From contig CAUYUJ010000048.1 of the NCBI GenBank assembly GCA_963575745.1, positions 310,001 through 374,000 of the forward strand: a DNA stretch of 64,000 nt, given 5' to 3'. Below, one piece after another: positions 12,427-24,228 of this stretch (its first letter is position 1; every line of letters starts with the position of its first letter). The stretch comes from Prorocentrum cordatum (taxonomy: Eukaryota). A program made the translations under genes and the position numbers. The notes under the pieces are model-generated. The model saw only the letters and a list, made by a program, of their open reading frames with translations, was not told the origin of the DNA and made no database searches.

Positions 12427-12780
12427 GTCGTCGTCGTCGTTCGTCGTAGTCGTCGTAGTAGTAGTAGTAGTATTAGTAGTAGGAGTAGGAGTAGGAGTAG
12501 GAGTAGGAGTAGGAGTAGGAGTAGGAGTAGGAGTAGTAGTAGTAGTAGTAGTCGTCGTCGTCGTCGTCGTCTTCGTCGTCGTCGTCGTCGTCGTTGTCGT
12601 CGTCGTCGTCGTCGTCGTAGTAATAGTAGTAGAAGTAGTAGTCGTCGTGGTAGTCGCATTTGTAGTCGTAGTTGTAGTTGCTGTCGTAGTCGTAGTCGTC
12701 GTCGTCGCCGCGTTTAGTTGCAGTCGTAGTGTCAGTGGAACTAGATGTAGGAGTAGCAGTAGCAGTAGCAATAGAAGTAG
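11335..12780. repeat. (GTA)n/(GTC)n/(GTAGGA)n tract
   Basis: Direct reading; 11640-12360 is indel-rich. Confidence 0.96.
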
Positions 12781-15113
12781 TCTTCATCGGCGGCGGCGGT
12801 ATCGATTTCGGCTTCGAGGTCGGCGACTGCGTCGGCGTCGGCGCCCGGGGCGGAGCGCGCTGAGCGCGCGCGCGCCGTCGGCGGCTCACCTCTCGCCGGC
12901 CTTTCGCTCGCGCCCGCGGGCCTCGCGCGAGCGCGCGCCCAGGCGGGCACGGCGGTCGCCCGCGACGGCGGCGGCCACGGCCCGCGACGGCGGTCGCCTG
13001 CGGCGGAGGACCGCGGCGCCGCCCCCTCTGGCGACGGGGCGCCGACGACGGCGACGTCGGGCGCCGCTGGCGCCGACGGCTGCTGCCCACGGCGCGGACG
13101 GCTGCCGCCGACGGCGCCGACGGCTGCCGTCGACGGCGCCAATGCTGCTGCTGCCGCCGCCTCCGGCGGCGCCGACGGCGCGGACGGCACTGACGGGGCG
13201 CGGAGCCGATGATGTCAGGGCACTCCTGGCAGTTTATACCCAAACCCTACTCGGACACGCGCATACACCAATCACGCCAGATGGGTGTATACACTTCGTC
13301 CAAGACAGAGAGTGCCGGTGTACACCGCAAATTGTACACACCAATCACTTGGGCTGGGTTTCGCCGCCATGGGCGGGGGCGGCTGGGGTCCGCGGAATCT
13401 GCCTCATTCCGAATGTTTGCATATGTACGTCTTCGCGCACGCTGCCACGAGCATGCATTCACGCGGCGCGGGGAAGACGATGAGGTTGCTAGATTCTACC
13501 TCGGAAGGAAGGGTGTATCTGTACAGTTGTTGTCCTCCAACTGAAGCGCGACTGTGCTTGCCCATATGTGCGATTTGGTTTCAGTCCCCGCATCCTGCTT
13601 GTCCAGATCGGGTTGTTCGCTTGCGTGCGAAGATTTTTGCGCTGAGCGCATCTCGGTCGATGGAGAAGCAGTCCCTTTAGCTCCTGTCCTTGGAAAGGGG
13701 GATCGCAGCGAACGTGGGTGTCCGTGCAGCTCGGGTGAGCTGCAGAGACGGAGTGTCGTTGGCATGATTGGCGGGCGATCAGCTGGGAAAGTCTGGGATG
13801 GGGACCGAGCTGGTGGGCGTCTCTGATCTTCTCCTCCTCCTCCGCCTCCTCCTCCTCCTTCCCCTTCCTCATCCGTGCTGATGAGAAAAGGCTTCGAAGA
13901 ACGTTGGGGGCCTTCTGGGGATTCGCCCGGGGTCTTCTTCGACGAGGAGGAGCAGGAGGGATGGGCGAGGACGTAATGGGGGACGGGAAGGGGAGAGGAC
14001 GGAAGGGAGAGGGATGGGGAGGAGGGAGGACGCAGAGGGGGAGGAGGAGGGGGGGGGGGCAAGCTAGGTGCGCTCGCGTCATATCTGACGTCCTACCCCA
14101 CCCTCCCATCCCTTATCATGGCGCTGATTTTCTCTATCGGCGGACGCGTGTCGTAGCGGACCTGTGGCTCCGCGCGCGCGTGCGTAGTGGGTGGTGGTGC
14201 GCGTGCGTGCGTGCGTGCGTGTGTGCGTGGTTGTGGTGGTGGTGGTGGTGGTGGTGGTGGTGGTGGTGGGGTGGTGGTGGTGGTGGTGGTGGTGGTGGTG
14301 ATGGTGGTGGTGTGCTTGTGGTGGTCGGTGTGGTGGTGGTGGTGGTGGTGGTACTGGTGCTGGTGCTGGTGGTGGTTGTGGTGGTGGTGGTGGTGGTGGT
14401 GGTGGTGGTGGTGGTGGTGGTGGTGGTGGCGATGCGGCGCGGTGGTGGCGGGCGGATGGGCGCGCGAGAAAAAGGCCCGCGCTGGGGCGAGAACGCCATC
14501 CTGAACGACGGAGGCCAAACACCGATCCGAAAAATGAGGCCCACGCTGCAGCGGGAGCACGATTCGGAACGATTCGGGAGCAGAAATGAGGCCGGCGCCT
14601 CAACGAGAGCAGCATTTTGGGAAAAAATGACGCCGGCGCCTCAGCGAGAGTCGTTTCCCGGGATTTCCCCGGAATCCTTTGTGTAAAAAAACAGTACGCG
14701 GAGGGTGCGCGGCCATCACCCGGACGCCATCAGGGGAAGAGGGAGAGTATTTTCATATTGAGTAATTGTAAAAGAAAAAGGAGGAGGAGGAGGAGGAGAA
14801 GGAGGCGGGAGGGCGAGGAGGACGAGGGATGAGGAGAGGAGAGGTGAAGGCACGACGGAGGAGAGAGCGGAGAGTCTTTTCTGACTGCAGGTTTTCGCGT
14901 CGCCGGTGCATGCGCTGGTGGGCCCAAGGCGGCCGACATGGAGGGACCTCGCCCTGTAAAGCACCCTCGGGACCGGCTCAACAAGACGGTGCTTGGCTGG
15001 AGGGGCGAGGGGCAAGTTGGGAGAAGAAGGCGGCCCGCATCTGCCGCCCTGCTTTATACCCTGGCGGGCTTGACGGCGTTGGAAGGCCGAGCATTATACC
15101 AGAAAGCTGGATA

Positions 15114-15287
15114 CAGTCGACCCGCATGGTAAGGATGGGCAACCTTCGCATGGGTACCCTTTTGCATCCTTGCCCCTTCGGCCCATCCTTGGCGACTTTC
15201 GCTGGCCGACCTCGTTCGAGAAACGCTCCCATGGGCCCTCGAGGCCCTTGCATCCTTACCGCACATCTTTGTGATACTGGTTGACTG
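15114..15287. mobile_element. Tc1/mariner-like MITE, singleton
   Basis: TA|CAGTCGACC ... GGTTGACTG|TA: CAGT termini flanked by TA. Confidence 0.55.
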
Positions 15288-15624
15288 TACATGACGCGGC
15301 CAGCGCACGTGGGATGCTGCGGCCGCCGTTTGTGGGGGGAGCGCAGGCTACCAGCCAGTTCCTGGGCCCCGCGGGGCCCCTCGGGGCTCCTGCGTCGCCC
15401 GCCCGTAACTCGGAGGGAGGAAGGAGGAGGAGGAGGAGGAGGAGGCGCAGTAGCAGGAGGAGGAGGGGGGGAGCTGGATGCACGCGCGGCCAGAGATCTC
15501 TCCGGCTCCCGGCGCCCCTGTGGCGGGGCACGCGGGGCCTCTGCACGGTCGCATCCTGCGCGTAGCCCCCGGGACGTTCCACGCGTGAGCGCGGCCGTGT
15601 GTGTGTGTGTGTGTGCGTGTGTGT

Positions 15625-15755
15625 CTTGGCATCGCTCGGACGTGTGCATTTTTTCTTCGGCGAGGACCATCGAGGAGCATCCTTGATCATTTCGCGAAAG
15701 AGCCACGCACGAAACCGAAAAAAGCACAGGAAATGGACGTCCGAGCGATGGCCAG
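15625..15755 (+). mobile_element. Family A TIR element (~131 bp). Other copies: 36761-36903, 39676-39808, 41996-42128, 46687-46817, 47645-47776, 61033-61168, 63256-63385, 63533-63664; divergent relative 22853-22982
   Basis: TIR CTTGGCATCGCTCGGACGT ... ACGTCCGAGCGATGGCCAG; shared interior ggcgaggaccatcgaggagcatccttgatcattt...ccacgcacgaaaccg. Confidence 0.93.
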
Positions 15756-15826
15756 GTGTGTGTGTGTGTGTGTGGGTGTGTGTGTGTGTGTGTGTCTGTG
15801 TGTGTGTGTGTGTGTTCCAGCTGAAG

Positions 15827-15968
15827 GGCCTGCTTTCTACCACCACCACCACAAGTTGGAGGGAGGGAGTCCTCCTCCTCCACCTACTCCTTCTCCTCCT
15901 GCTCCTCCTCCTCGTCCTCCTCCTCCTTCCCCCCTCCAACTTATGGTGGTGGTGGTGGAAAGCAGGCC
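15827..15968. repeat. ~37-bp inverted repeat enclosing a (CCT)n tract
   Basis: ggcctgctttctaccaccaccaccacaagttggaggg versus ccctccaacttatggtggtggtggtggaaagcaggcc. Confidence 0.8.
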
Positions 15969-18900
15969 CACCACCGGCTTCCTGGCAGTTCCCGTGCCTT
16001 TGGGTCGTTGCCCTTCGCTGAAGGGCAGCTGCAGAGTCCAGGGTGCGGACAGCACCGTGCCCGGGACCCTGGGGAGAGCCCGTGCAGGTCATCGAGTGGA
16101 GGGCCAGGGAGACCGACGACGTGACAATCATAGCGAAGAGAGGGGGATGGAGAGCGGTCAGCTGGTCGAAGTCAATTCCTCTCACTTCCTGTCAACTCCT
16201 GAGAGAAGCGCGTGTGAGAAGTGGGCAGTGTACCGGCAGCCCTCCACGGGCGCGGACTCTCCGCATGCCGCTCGCCGCCCCCTCAGCTGGTCGAAGTGCT
16301 CTCAGAGACGGTCCTGGCCGTCCCTGCGGGCGCCGGGGCGGCACCCCGTCCGCCGGAGAGCTGGCGCGAGCCTGTGCGGCGGGAGGCCGCGCTCCGCGGG
16401 CGGGCGGGCACCGCGTAGTTACCATGGCACTGCCGGGAGCGGCGTGCCCCGCGTGCACGGCCAGCTGGCCGAGGGAGAGTTCTCCCCGAGTCGGTGAGGT
16501 ACCGTCGGGGCGCTGAAGATACGGGGCGCGAAAACGACCACAGCCACTGCTTTTCTTTTGTTGCCGCCTGCCAGCCCGCAGAAACACAGCAGTGGTTGTG
16601 GTCATTTTCGTTGAGCTTGGCTCCAGGGAGATGACCGCAACCGCTGCTTCTTTTCCGGCCGGCTGGAAGGCGGCGCAAACAAGAAGCAGTGGCTGTGGTC
16701 ATTTTCCAGTCCCGCAGAAGAAGGAGCCCTTCTCGTTGGGGAGGGGCTCCGTGTTCCTTCATTGTTGCACAGTGTGCCCCAGGTGTTCTCCAGATTCCCG
16801 ATGGGAAATCAGAGTGTAACTTATGGAAAAAGGGGCCTCGTTCCTTACTTAGGGTTCCTTAGGTCAACGCCCCGATTGTAGTCTCATGGCGCCGACATCG
16901 CAGAGCGGATCTCGTTAGGAAGACAATGGGGATGGACCCGGATCGTCCTGGAGGATTGCTTTCCGGATTTCGAAGTGAATTTCGTGTGGGTTTTTTTTGG
17001 GGGGGCCGGGAATGATGACTAAAAAAATCCTTGTGAAAATCTGTTCGTTTTTCGCTCGCTGTTTCGGGGTTTTGCATTGACAGAATTCCATGCGAACATC
17101 CGCTGCAGCACGTCTGCGCAGGGTCTGCGCAGTGAAAAGTAATTAAGCGTCGGCGGGGACATGAGGGAGTCCCACGGTGTAACCCGGGGGAGTCCTGAAT
17201 CTGCGTTTCATGAAAGCCCCGTGTTTTGCACAGAGCGGGGAATCAGCATTTGGGTCAGCCAGGAGGATCCACGCCTGGTGTTTGAGAGGCTCTGGGACAG
17301 GTATGCGCTGGCCTTGCTGCTGGTTGGCTTCCCTTCGGACGTCCAGCCGTATCGACTTTGATGATGCTGATTGGAACTGTGATATTTAACGGGAGGGCAC
17401 AGCTACGCATATGAGGAGATATCCATACCTGGCGTTTGGAAATTTAGCATACTTAATCGAGGGGCGGGTTGTGCAGACACTGGAGATTCGTGGCTCTGCC
17501 AGACACTGCAGTGACGTGAGAGATGGGGCCAAGCGCTTCGAAGGGTATGAACCCAGAACCCTCGTCCTGGGATTGTGACGGTACTGTTCGAACCATCTCC
17601 GATTCTACCTTGCTTTACACGGAGCTTGTTGTTCGAGTCTCTTGGCTGACGAGCGTCCGCAATCAGCGCTGATAGGCAATGGAACCACCCGCGCGAATGT
17701 TGCACTATGGTGCAATCTTGTGCACATGTGCAGGAACAGCTGAGCACCAAGAGAAACTACCCGTAGACAACCAAGTTGGATGCACCCAGTGGTCTGAGGG
17801 AAATCGCACTGTCCGTTAAACCGTCAACGAGCTGGGAAAGTGACAGCGGTAAGGCAATGGTCTCGGTCCAGCCATGCTGGGCCATCACGCGCAATCACGG
17901 TGTGCTGAAGCGAATTGAACAGCGTTGATAACATGCCGTGATGAGAGGCCCGATGTTGTTGGCACAGGAGCGGGGCGGGGTTCATGATCGGATTTGGTTC
18001 TCTCGCTGCGACGCCGTGTGCTCGGGCTGGTCCCTTCGACAGCCCCGCGGCGGCCCCCTCCCGCTGATAGGAGGCAGCGAACAGGTGCGTACGCGAATCG
18101 GTGCTTTCCCGGGCGTGTGACCTCGGCACGTTTGCGGAGCACCTCGTCCTGCCCCTGGGGCCCTCCGTGGGGCCGTCCTCGGGCCTTCTTCGGGTATTCT
18201 TGGGCATCTCTTGCGCAGTGGGACAGGCTGTTGGGTTGCGCCCAGGAGGTACGACTGTTTTCCGGATCGGCCGTGGCCGAAGCTCAATCCTGACCACCTT
18301 GACATCCTCGCGCCAGGTTTCTATGACCTCGCACCACGAGCCAGCCACGGCGCAGGTCAGTCCAACTCACTCGAGCTCATTTCAGCCCTCACCAGCTAAG
18401 CCTAGATCAATCTACGATCTTTCGTCTCATATAGTTGCACGGCCAGTTCGACAGAAAGAGCGCACAAGAAGAGCATGTGGATCCTGGCGTCGAGTGGGTC
18501 CCGCGCGCACGTCCAGGCACAGGGCGCCAGGAGAGGATGAAGAGGGGCTGGCGAGGGTGATGGAGGGTGATGGGGCAGGGGTGGGGATGATGGTGGGAGG
18601 GGAGGAGGAGTGGATGGTGAGAACGAAGGGCATGGCAGGGGTGGGGGTGATGTTGGGCCGGGGGCAGGCGAAGGGTGCGGCTTCCGTAGCCCTTTCGGGT
18701 GCCCAGCGCGGCCCTTCTTCCCCGGCGGCCGTCTCGCACGCGCGCGCGACCGCCCTTTTGCCGGGGACCTTGCCGGCGAGGCGAGCCCGAGGCGGGGCGC
18801 GTCGCTGCTGCTGCCGCGGCGCCGCTCCCCGAGGCGGCGCCCCCCTCCCCCCCACGGCCGCATGGCGCAGCCGGCGGCGGCCCCGGGGCAGCGGCGAGGC

Positions 18901-19035
18901 CAGGCGCAGCCGCAGGCGCAGCCGCTCGTCGGGGAGCAGCGGCTGCAGGGGCTGCGCTTGGAGCACCCGTGCCCGCGGAAGCTGCACCACCCCGGGGAGC
19001 TCCGGGGGTGAACAGCACCCGGCAGGCTCGCGCCC

Positions 19036-19210
19036 CTCAGGGGAGGAAGAAAGGTGCCCATATACCGCTGCCCCTCTGCCCGTTTTCTCCGTCTGGGGCC
19101 TCCTGGGAGGTCCTCGTCGCCACCGCTGGCTTCGCCCCGAAAGTCTGATCAGGACGCACCTGGGGAGAGGTCTGGGGAGTAGCGGTATCGGTGCCTTTTG
19201 GTTCCCCCAG
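19036..19210 (+). mobile_element. Family H TIR element (~170 bp). Other copies: ~48391-48560 and ~60231-60403
   Basis: ctcag..gaggaaaaggcacc.atacc ... gtagcggtatcggtgcctttt...cag with shared interior gggcctcctggg..cctcgtc. Confidence 0.85.
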
Positions 19211-19905
19211 TCACGTCGACGCTGAGGAGGAGAAGGAGGAGGAGAAGGAGCAGGCGGAGGAGAAGGAAGGAAGGGTGGAGAGGGAGAAGAGGGACGACGA
19301 TGAAGATCAAGAGGAGGAAGATGAGGAGAAGAAGGAAGAGAAGGAGCAGGAGGAGAAAGAGGAGAAGAAGCAGAGGAAGGAGGAAGAGGAGGAGCGGCGG
19401 CGGCCCCGCCGCGGGCGTTCCGAGGTGGGAGCGGCGCCTGTGGCCCCAGGGTCGGCCAAGATATGGAGCGATCCGCCGTGAAACCGCCGCTCGTTGAGGA
19501 ATCTCGAACGAGCCACGGGGTGTCAGCAATCATAGTGGCGCGGCATTCATCATCTGATCGTGGCCCACGGACACTGCGCGGCCAAAACCAAAGCCCTCGC
19601 AGTACCCGGTTCCGGAGCTGTGGGGGTGGCGGTTGAGGCCCCGTGGCTAGTGACGCAGTGGAGCGGAGACGGAAAAAAAAGGGGAACTAAAAGTGCCATA
19701 AACATAAAATTCGGAGGTCCGCAAACATTCAGAGCGTGAATTACCTACCCGCTTTCGCTTCCAGGCAAAACCAAACCATACCACGCGCCGCCTCGTCAGG
19801 CGGCCTGACCAGCACGGGCCGTAGCTTGGCATCGCTGGGTATCTCTTGGAAGCGAGGGTGGTCAAAAGCGAGGTCGGTTTGCTTGCCCCTTAGGCATCGG
19901 GTAGC

Positions 19906-20085
19906 AAAAAGTGCCACAAACATAAAAACTCGGAGGTCCGCGCGGATTTCTCGGATCGGCGCTGGGGCCCCCCTGCGGCGCCTCCGGAGCCGACCCCGGC
20001 GCGCTCCGCGCGCCAGGGAGGGGGTCCAGCGCCGATCCGAGACATCCGCGCGGACCTCCGAGTTTTATGTTAATGCCACTTTTTG
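19906..20085 (+). mobile_element. Family B hairpin element (~180-215 bp). Other copies: ~26205-26403, 26673-26886, 28322-28532; partial copies at ~19680-19722, 23015-23060 and 30680-30810
   Basis: Long arms ctccgcgcggattt..gatc.gcgc / gcg.gatcc...atccgcgcggag around the core gcgcgctccgcgcgcc.ggg.agggg. Confidence 0.88.
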
Positions 20086-20628
20086 TTCCCCTCAATCAAC
20101 GCTGGGGTCGTCACGACGCAAACCCGGCGTGCGTAACTACCTTGGCCGATCCCGTGGTGCCTCTGCCTCGCTTTCGCCTGCTCGGGCCTCCCAGGACGGG
20201 GCCCTCGTGCGCCGCGGCGGGGCTCGCCATGGAGCCCCGCGGGCCCGGGAGTGGCCCAGAGGGAGTAGGCGCATCCTCAGGGGGGGCGCGGAGGTGACCG
20301 CGCTTCGCGCGTCGCAGTCAGAGCGGCAGCCCTGCTCGAGGCGGGTCGCGCGAGTGTGCGGTGGCGCGAAGGTTGTAATCCCGGAGCATTTGACAAGAGA
20401 CACCCGAGCGTGAGTTTTATTTATACGGGACAATTAGAAAACGTGTTTTCCTACTAATAGGGAAACATAGAGAACAGGTTTACCTATTAATAGGTAAACG
20501 CGCTTTTTCCCTACCTAGGCTCTGCCTAGAAGGGTTCTTACTCTCTTTGCTTAAAGGGCCGGGCAGTGCTAACCTCCCCGGGCGGTTCCCCCAGTCCCCG
20601 CCCCGCGTTTCCCCCAGTCCCCTGGGAG

Positions 20629-21477
20629 TTTTAGCCTTAGCTGTAGTTTTAGCTTAGCTTTAGCTTTAGCTTTAGCTTAGCTCTAGCTTAGCTTTAGCTT
20701 AGTGTTAGCTTAGCTTTAGCTTAGCTTTAGCTTAGCTTTAGCTTAGCTTCAGCTTAGCTTTAGCTTAGCTTTAGCTTTAGCTTAGCGTTAGCTTAGCTTC
20801 AGCTTAACTTTAGCTTCGCTTTAGCTTAGTGTTATCTTTAGCCCTAGCTTAGCTTTTGCTTAACTTTAGCTTCGCTTTAGCTTTGCTTTAGCTTAGCTTC
20901 AGCTTAGTGTTAGCTTAGCTTTAGCTTAGCTTTAGCTTAGCTTCAGCTTAGTGTTAGCTTAGTGTTAGCTTAGCTTTAGCTTAGCTTTAGCTTAGCTTTA
21001 GCTTAGCTTTCGCTTAGTTTTAACTTAGCTTTAGTTTAGCTGCAGCTTAGCTTTAGCTGAGCTTTAGCTGAGCTTTCGCTTAGCTTCAGCTTAGCTTTAG
21101 CTTAGCTTTAGCTTAGCTTAAGCTTAGCTCCGGCTGAGCTTTAGCTTGCCCAGCTTCAACTTAGCTTTAGCTTAGCTTTAGCTTAGCCTAAGCTTAGCTT
21201 TAGCTCAGCTTTCGCTTAGCTTCAGCTTAGCTGTAGCTTCGCTTTAGCTTAGTTTCAGCTTAGCTTTAATTTAGCTTTAGCTTATCTTTAGCTTTAGATT
21301 TAGCTTAGCTTCTGCTTAGATTTAGCTTAGCTTTAGCTTAGCTGTAGCTTAGCTTTAGCTGAGCTTTTGCTTAGCTTTAGCTTAGTGTTAGCTTAGCCTT
21401 AGCTTAGCTTTAGCTTAACTTTAGCTTAGCTTCAGCCTAGCTTTAGCTTAGGTTTAGCTTAGCTTCAGCTTAGCTTT
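20629..21477. repeat. Telomere-like satellite (TTAGC TTTAGC)n, ~850 bp
   Basis: Alternating 5-bp and 6-bp units (11-bp period) with scattered variants. Confidence 0.95.
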
Positions 21478-22512
21478 ACTGTTACTAGTAATGCTGCTTT
21501 CCTAGGGGCTCCAACTCGTAGGTAGGGTCGCACTGGGATAATTTTTTCCGATATTATCATGAAATTGTGAAATCTGTTTTTGTCCATGACCTTCGCGGCG
21601 AAGGTGATGCGCGATGCGCGATGACCTTCGCGGCGAAGGTCATCGCGCATCGCCGGGGGGGTGGGGGGCGCGCGAAGTCGGGCGGCCTGGGGCATCGTGG
21701 CCTCTCGGAAGAGCAGCAGGGACCACCGCCACCGCGAGCCCATCGGGGGGGGCCACCGCCAGCCCGCGGTGGCGCGCCGGAGCGTCGTCCAGGTGACGCT
21801 CAGGCGTGCCACCGCCCAGGGTGCTCGGTGGCGGTGGTCCCTGTTTCTCCCCCCGAGCCTTTCCTTTGGAGCCGACTTCACGAAGAAGAACCAACATCGT
21901 GAGACAACTCGAGCGGAGCCTTGGGCCTCGTTTTTCTGCGGTTTTTTTTTCGAGCCGGATCGGCCCGTGAGGGGGCCCCCCCTGGCCCCAAATGGGGATC
22001 GCCCCTTGTGACACACAGTTGCGACGCCAGGAGTTCAGGGGACGTCGACGACGACGACGACGGCGACGGCGACGGCGGCGGCGAGGAGCGGTGCGCCTGC
22101 GCTGCGCGGTTGGATGTGCGGGTGCCGTCGGGCCACTCGCGCCAGGGGGACCTCGGCCACGTGCACGCCGCGCGGGTGCAGAACCTGCGCTGGAGGCATC
22201 GGCGTCTAGAGCCCTGAGATCCTGGCGGCCTCATTTTTTCACGCCCGGCGTTTTCGCTCAGTTTCGGGCCCCAGGACCCTCACAGATCGATCGGGCTAGA
22301 GAAATGGTGCAGTAAGATGGGCTCCGGGGGTGCGGGCGCGATTTTCTGCTATGTTTTTGTTTGTCTGCAACGTCGGATTTCAGGGAGGGTGTGGTTCTGC
22401 CTGGGTGTGGCTTGCGATCGGCGCCGTGGGGCCAGGAAAGCACGTCGCTGTTTTCGTCGGGCCGCCTCGGGGCGCGGCGGAGAGCTCTGTCGAGTTCCTC
22501 GCCCCCCAGGGC

Positions 22513-22685
22513 GACCAACGAAACAAGCGACACCACTCCACCTATGGCCCTCCATGTTGCGCTACACGGCCCATCCGTCGGGCGCCTATAGCGTATACCG
22601 CGCGAAGACCCACGCCAGATCTCCTGGTATGCGCCAGGCCCCGTAGGGCCGTAGGTGTGGTGGTGTTGTCGCTTGTGTTCTGGTC
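22513..22685. mobile_element. Singleton TIR element
   Basis: gaccaacgaaacaagcgacaccactccacctatggccct ... agggccgtaggtgtggtggtgttgtcgcttgtgttctggtc. Confidence 0.65.
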
Positions 22686-23402
22686 ACCAGCGTGCCCCCC
22701 CGGGTGCCGGTTGCAGGCCATGCCCTTTGCAGGCCACACCCTGCGGAGTCGCCGAGAGGCTGTCCTTCCCCCGAGACGGGGCCGGGGCGGGCCCGGCCGG
22801 GGGCGGCCCCGGCGGGCGCCCCGGGGGCCCACAGGTCGGGGGCGTCCAATGACTTGGCGTCGCTCGGACGTGCCGTTTTCCCCGGCCAGGGCTATTCGAG
22901 GAGCATGCTGCATCATCTTGCGGAGAAGTACGTGCCCGAGGCCGAACAGTGCATGGGGAATGGGCGTCCGAGCGAGGGCAAGATGAGTCGAGGGAGAGGA
23001 AGCTGCATCGACACGGGCTTTCGGAGCTCCGCGCGGATTTCTGGGATCGGCGCTGGATCTCCTTCCCTGGCGAGCGGAGCGAGCGAGATCCTTAGCACCG
23101 CACCGAACCGCAGATTGATCCTCCTCTTCCTCCTCCTCCTCCTCCTCCTCCTCCTCCTCCTCCTCCTCCTCCTCCTCCTCCTCCTCCTCCTCTTCCTCGT
23201 CCTCCTCCTCTTCCTCGTGCTCCTCCTCCCTGTCCTCCTCCTCCTGCTGCTGCTGCTCCTCCTCCCTGTCCTCCTCCGCCCTTCCACTTTCGAATGCTGC
23301 GGGGGGCTCCAGAGAGGGGTGCTGAGCAACGGGCACGTGCCGGGGTCCTGCTTCGGGGTGCTGCTTCGGGGTGCTGGGCGCGTCAGCGTTTCGCCGGAGG
23401 GG

Positions 23403-23502
23403 NNNNNNNNNNNNNNNNNNNNNNNNNNNNNNNNNNNNNNNNNNNNNNNNNNNNNNNNNNNNNNNNNNNNNNNNNNNNNNNNNNNNNNNNNNNNNNNNNN
23501 NN
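23403..23502. other. Assembly gap (100 N)
   Basis: Run of N. Confidence 0.99.
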
Positions 23503-23634
23503 CGAGGGTGGCCGCATGAGCGGGGCGAGCGGGCCCGCCGCGGAGGACGGGCGGCGCGCCGAGAGGGGGGGGGGGACGGAAGCGGTCGGGGGCAAGGATT
23601 GGTCGGGGGCAGCGATGGCGGGGGATAGGCATTC

Positions 23635-23840
23635 AGAGCCCCGAATCATCAGGGGTAACTCGGGTCAGGGTTAACTCGGGTTTTCGGGAATCCGAACCCG
23701 AGTTACCCTGGGCCCGAGTTACCCCGGATAATTCGGGCGTCCAGAGCCCCACATCATCAGGGGTAACTCGGGTCAGGGCTAACTCGGGTTCCTTTTACGG
23801 GAATCCAAACCCGAGTTACCCCGGATAACTCGGGCGCCCA
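23635..23840. repeat. Tandemly duplicated ~105-bp hairpin unit
   Basis: cagagcccc..atcatcaggggtaactcgggtcaggg ... aacccgagttaccccggataa occurs twice; ggggtaactcggg pairs with cccgagttacccc. Confidence 0.8.
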
Positions 23841-24052
23841 AGGCATAGGGGGGGATGCAGCGACTCCCAATCGCCCATTGATCGCCGATGGGGGCCCGAC
23901 AGCCCCAACCTGCCCGGGAGGGTGCGGAGTCACTGTCGGGGGCCTATCCTTTCGCGGATCTATCGGCGATGTATGGCCGATGCCAAGACGATGCTTCCCC
24001 CCCTATCCCTATCCCTCCCAATCGTTGTTCCTCAAGAGGGGGGGACAGGCAT

Positions 24053-24228
24053 AGGTCAGCCACGCGCAGAGGGGGGTGGGGGGAGGGGGGAGGGCTTCTT
24101 AGAAGCACCCTTGCTTCTTAGAAGGCGCGGGCCTTAGCTACAGATGTAAGGTCGGTGCCTTCTAAGAAGCAGCCTCCTTCTAGGAAGCCCTCCCACCTCT
24201 CTCCACCCCCTCGTGCGCGCCGCCAAAT
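24053..24228 (+). mobile_element. Family J element; second copy at 33563-33740
   Basis: Both copies read ggtc.gccacgcgcagagggggg...gagggcttct..ga...gaagccc/gaggcctccc...tgcgc.ccgccaa. Confidence 0.8.

Noticed and set aside
4669..12780. Poly-V/S/L/Y/T ORFs as membrane or mucin-like proteins
   Set aside because: They are translations of (GTA)n/(TAC)n microsatellites.
15599..15760. Recurring peptides WHRSDVCIF / LASLGRVHF / GIARTCAFF as a protein domain
   Set aside because: They are translations of the family A non-coding element in different frames.
20629..21477. True telomere
   Set aside because: Internal position, and the unit TTAGC/TTTAGC lacks G-runs.
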